Shown: positions 23,692 through 24,138 of the stretch, piece by piece
Layout: each line of letters starts with the position of its first letter
Position numbering within the stretch: position 1 is the first letter of the stretch
Source of the DNA: an uncultured Lachnospiraceae bacterium
GTDB lineage: Bacteria; Bacillota; Clostridia; Lachnospirales; Lachnospiraceae
Length of the DNA: 24,138 nt
NCBI GenBank assembly: GCA_902797475.1
Contig: CADBTG010000012.1
Span: 1-24,138 of the forward strand
Direction: 5' to 3'
Translations under genes and position numbers: made by a program
Notes under the pieces: model-generated
Told to the model about the DNA's origin: nothing
The model's input: the letters and a program-made list of their open reading frames with translations, nothing else
Databases searched by the model: none

Positions 23692-24138
23692 CTATTGCCG
23701 ACGCAAAGTCACGACCAGAAGCTCCGGAAAATTGTTGATCCGAAGCGGCAGGACACTGTTTCCGAGCCCCCTGCTGATGTACATCGTCATACTGTCATCG
23801 CCTTCCCCGTACACATGCGCGCCCGCATATAATTCCGGAAAGAATTCAAGATCCGGCGAAATCAGTCCGCCTTTTTTCGGGATGATCACCTGCCCGCCGT
23901 GCACGTGTCCGACAAATGCCACGTCGGCGCCGAGCGCCCGGTACCGTTCATGATACATCGGCTCGTGGGCAAGGCAGATTGTGAAGCCGTCCTCATTTTT
24001 CAATTCCTCGGGCGGACGACGCAGGCTTTCGTCGGCAATTCCGATGATTGTAAGCCCGCCGGCGGTGACTTTTCGGTTGTCCATCATGATGACGCCGAGC
24101 TCTTCGATGCTTTTCAAAAACTTCGTGAGGCGCTCTCC
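23692..24138 (-). CDS. Metallophosphoesterase, YkuE-like (C-terminal part; start lies outside the window)
   Basis: The frame is open to the window edge. 'CLAHEP', 'VGHVHGGQV', 'MYISRGLGNSVLPLRINNFPELLVVTL'. Confidence 0.9.
   Translation of the reverse strand, partial: GERLTKFLKSIEELGVIMMDNRKVTAGGLTIIGIADESLRRPPEELKNEDGFTICLAHEPMYHERYRALGADVAFVGHVHGGQVIIPKKGGLISPDLEFFPELYAGAHVYGEGDDSMTMYISRGLGNSVLPLRINNFPELLVVTLRRQ

Overview
A 24 kb chromosomal stretch that looks like a Clostridia/Lachnospiraceae-type bacterium (inferred from gene content and sigma-A-type promoters). It has about 24 CDS and no rRNA, tRNA, CRISPR array, integrase or transposase that I can recognise. From left to right: (1) a family-5 ABC solute-binding lipoprotein (partial), divergent from a DUF2927 lipoprotein and a membrane-anchored protein; (2) asd; (3) a long minus-strand run truA-argF-DUF6145-coaX-dusB followed by two tandem paralogous DUF3298/RsiV-like lipoproteins; (4) a three-gene operon with its own promoter and terminator, encoding a VTC (polyphosphate polymerase) domain protein, a DUF4956 membrane protein and a surface-anchored CotH-family kinase; (5) a small membrane protein downstream of a direct repeat; (6) a NadD-YqeK fusion translationally coupled to a trigger-factor-like lipoprotein; (7) a MATE transporter; (8) an SPFH-Arc-PLDc_N-DUF1648-ABC transporter operon with a candidate operator; (9) a partial metallophosphoesterase. 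The best candidate for an uncharacterised system is the VTC-DUF4956-CotH operon, which may couple polyphosphate synthesis and export to extracellular phosphorylation. All family assignments come from recognising motifs by eye; no database searches were run.
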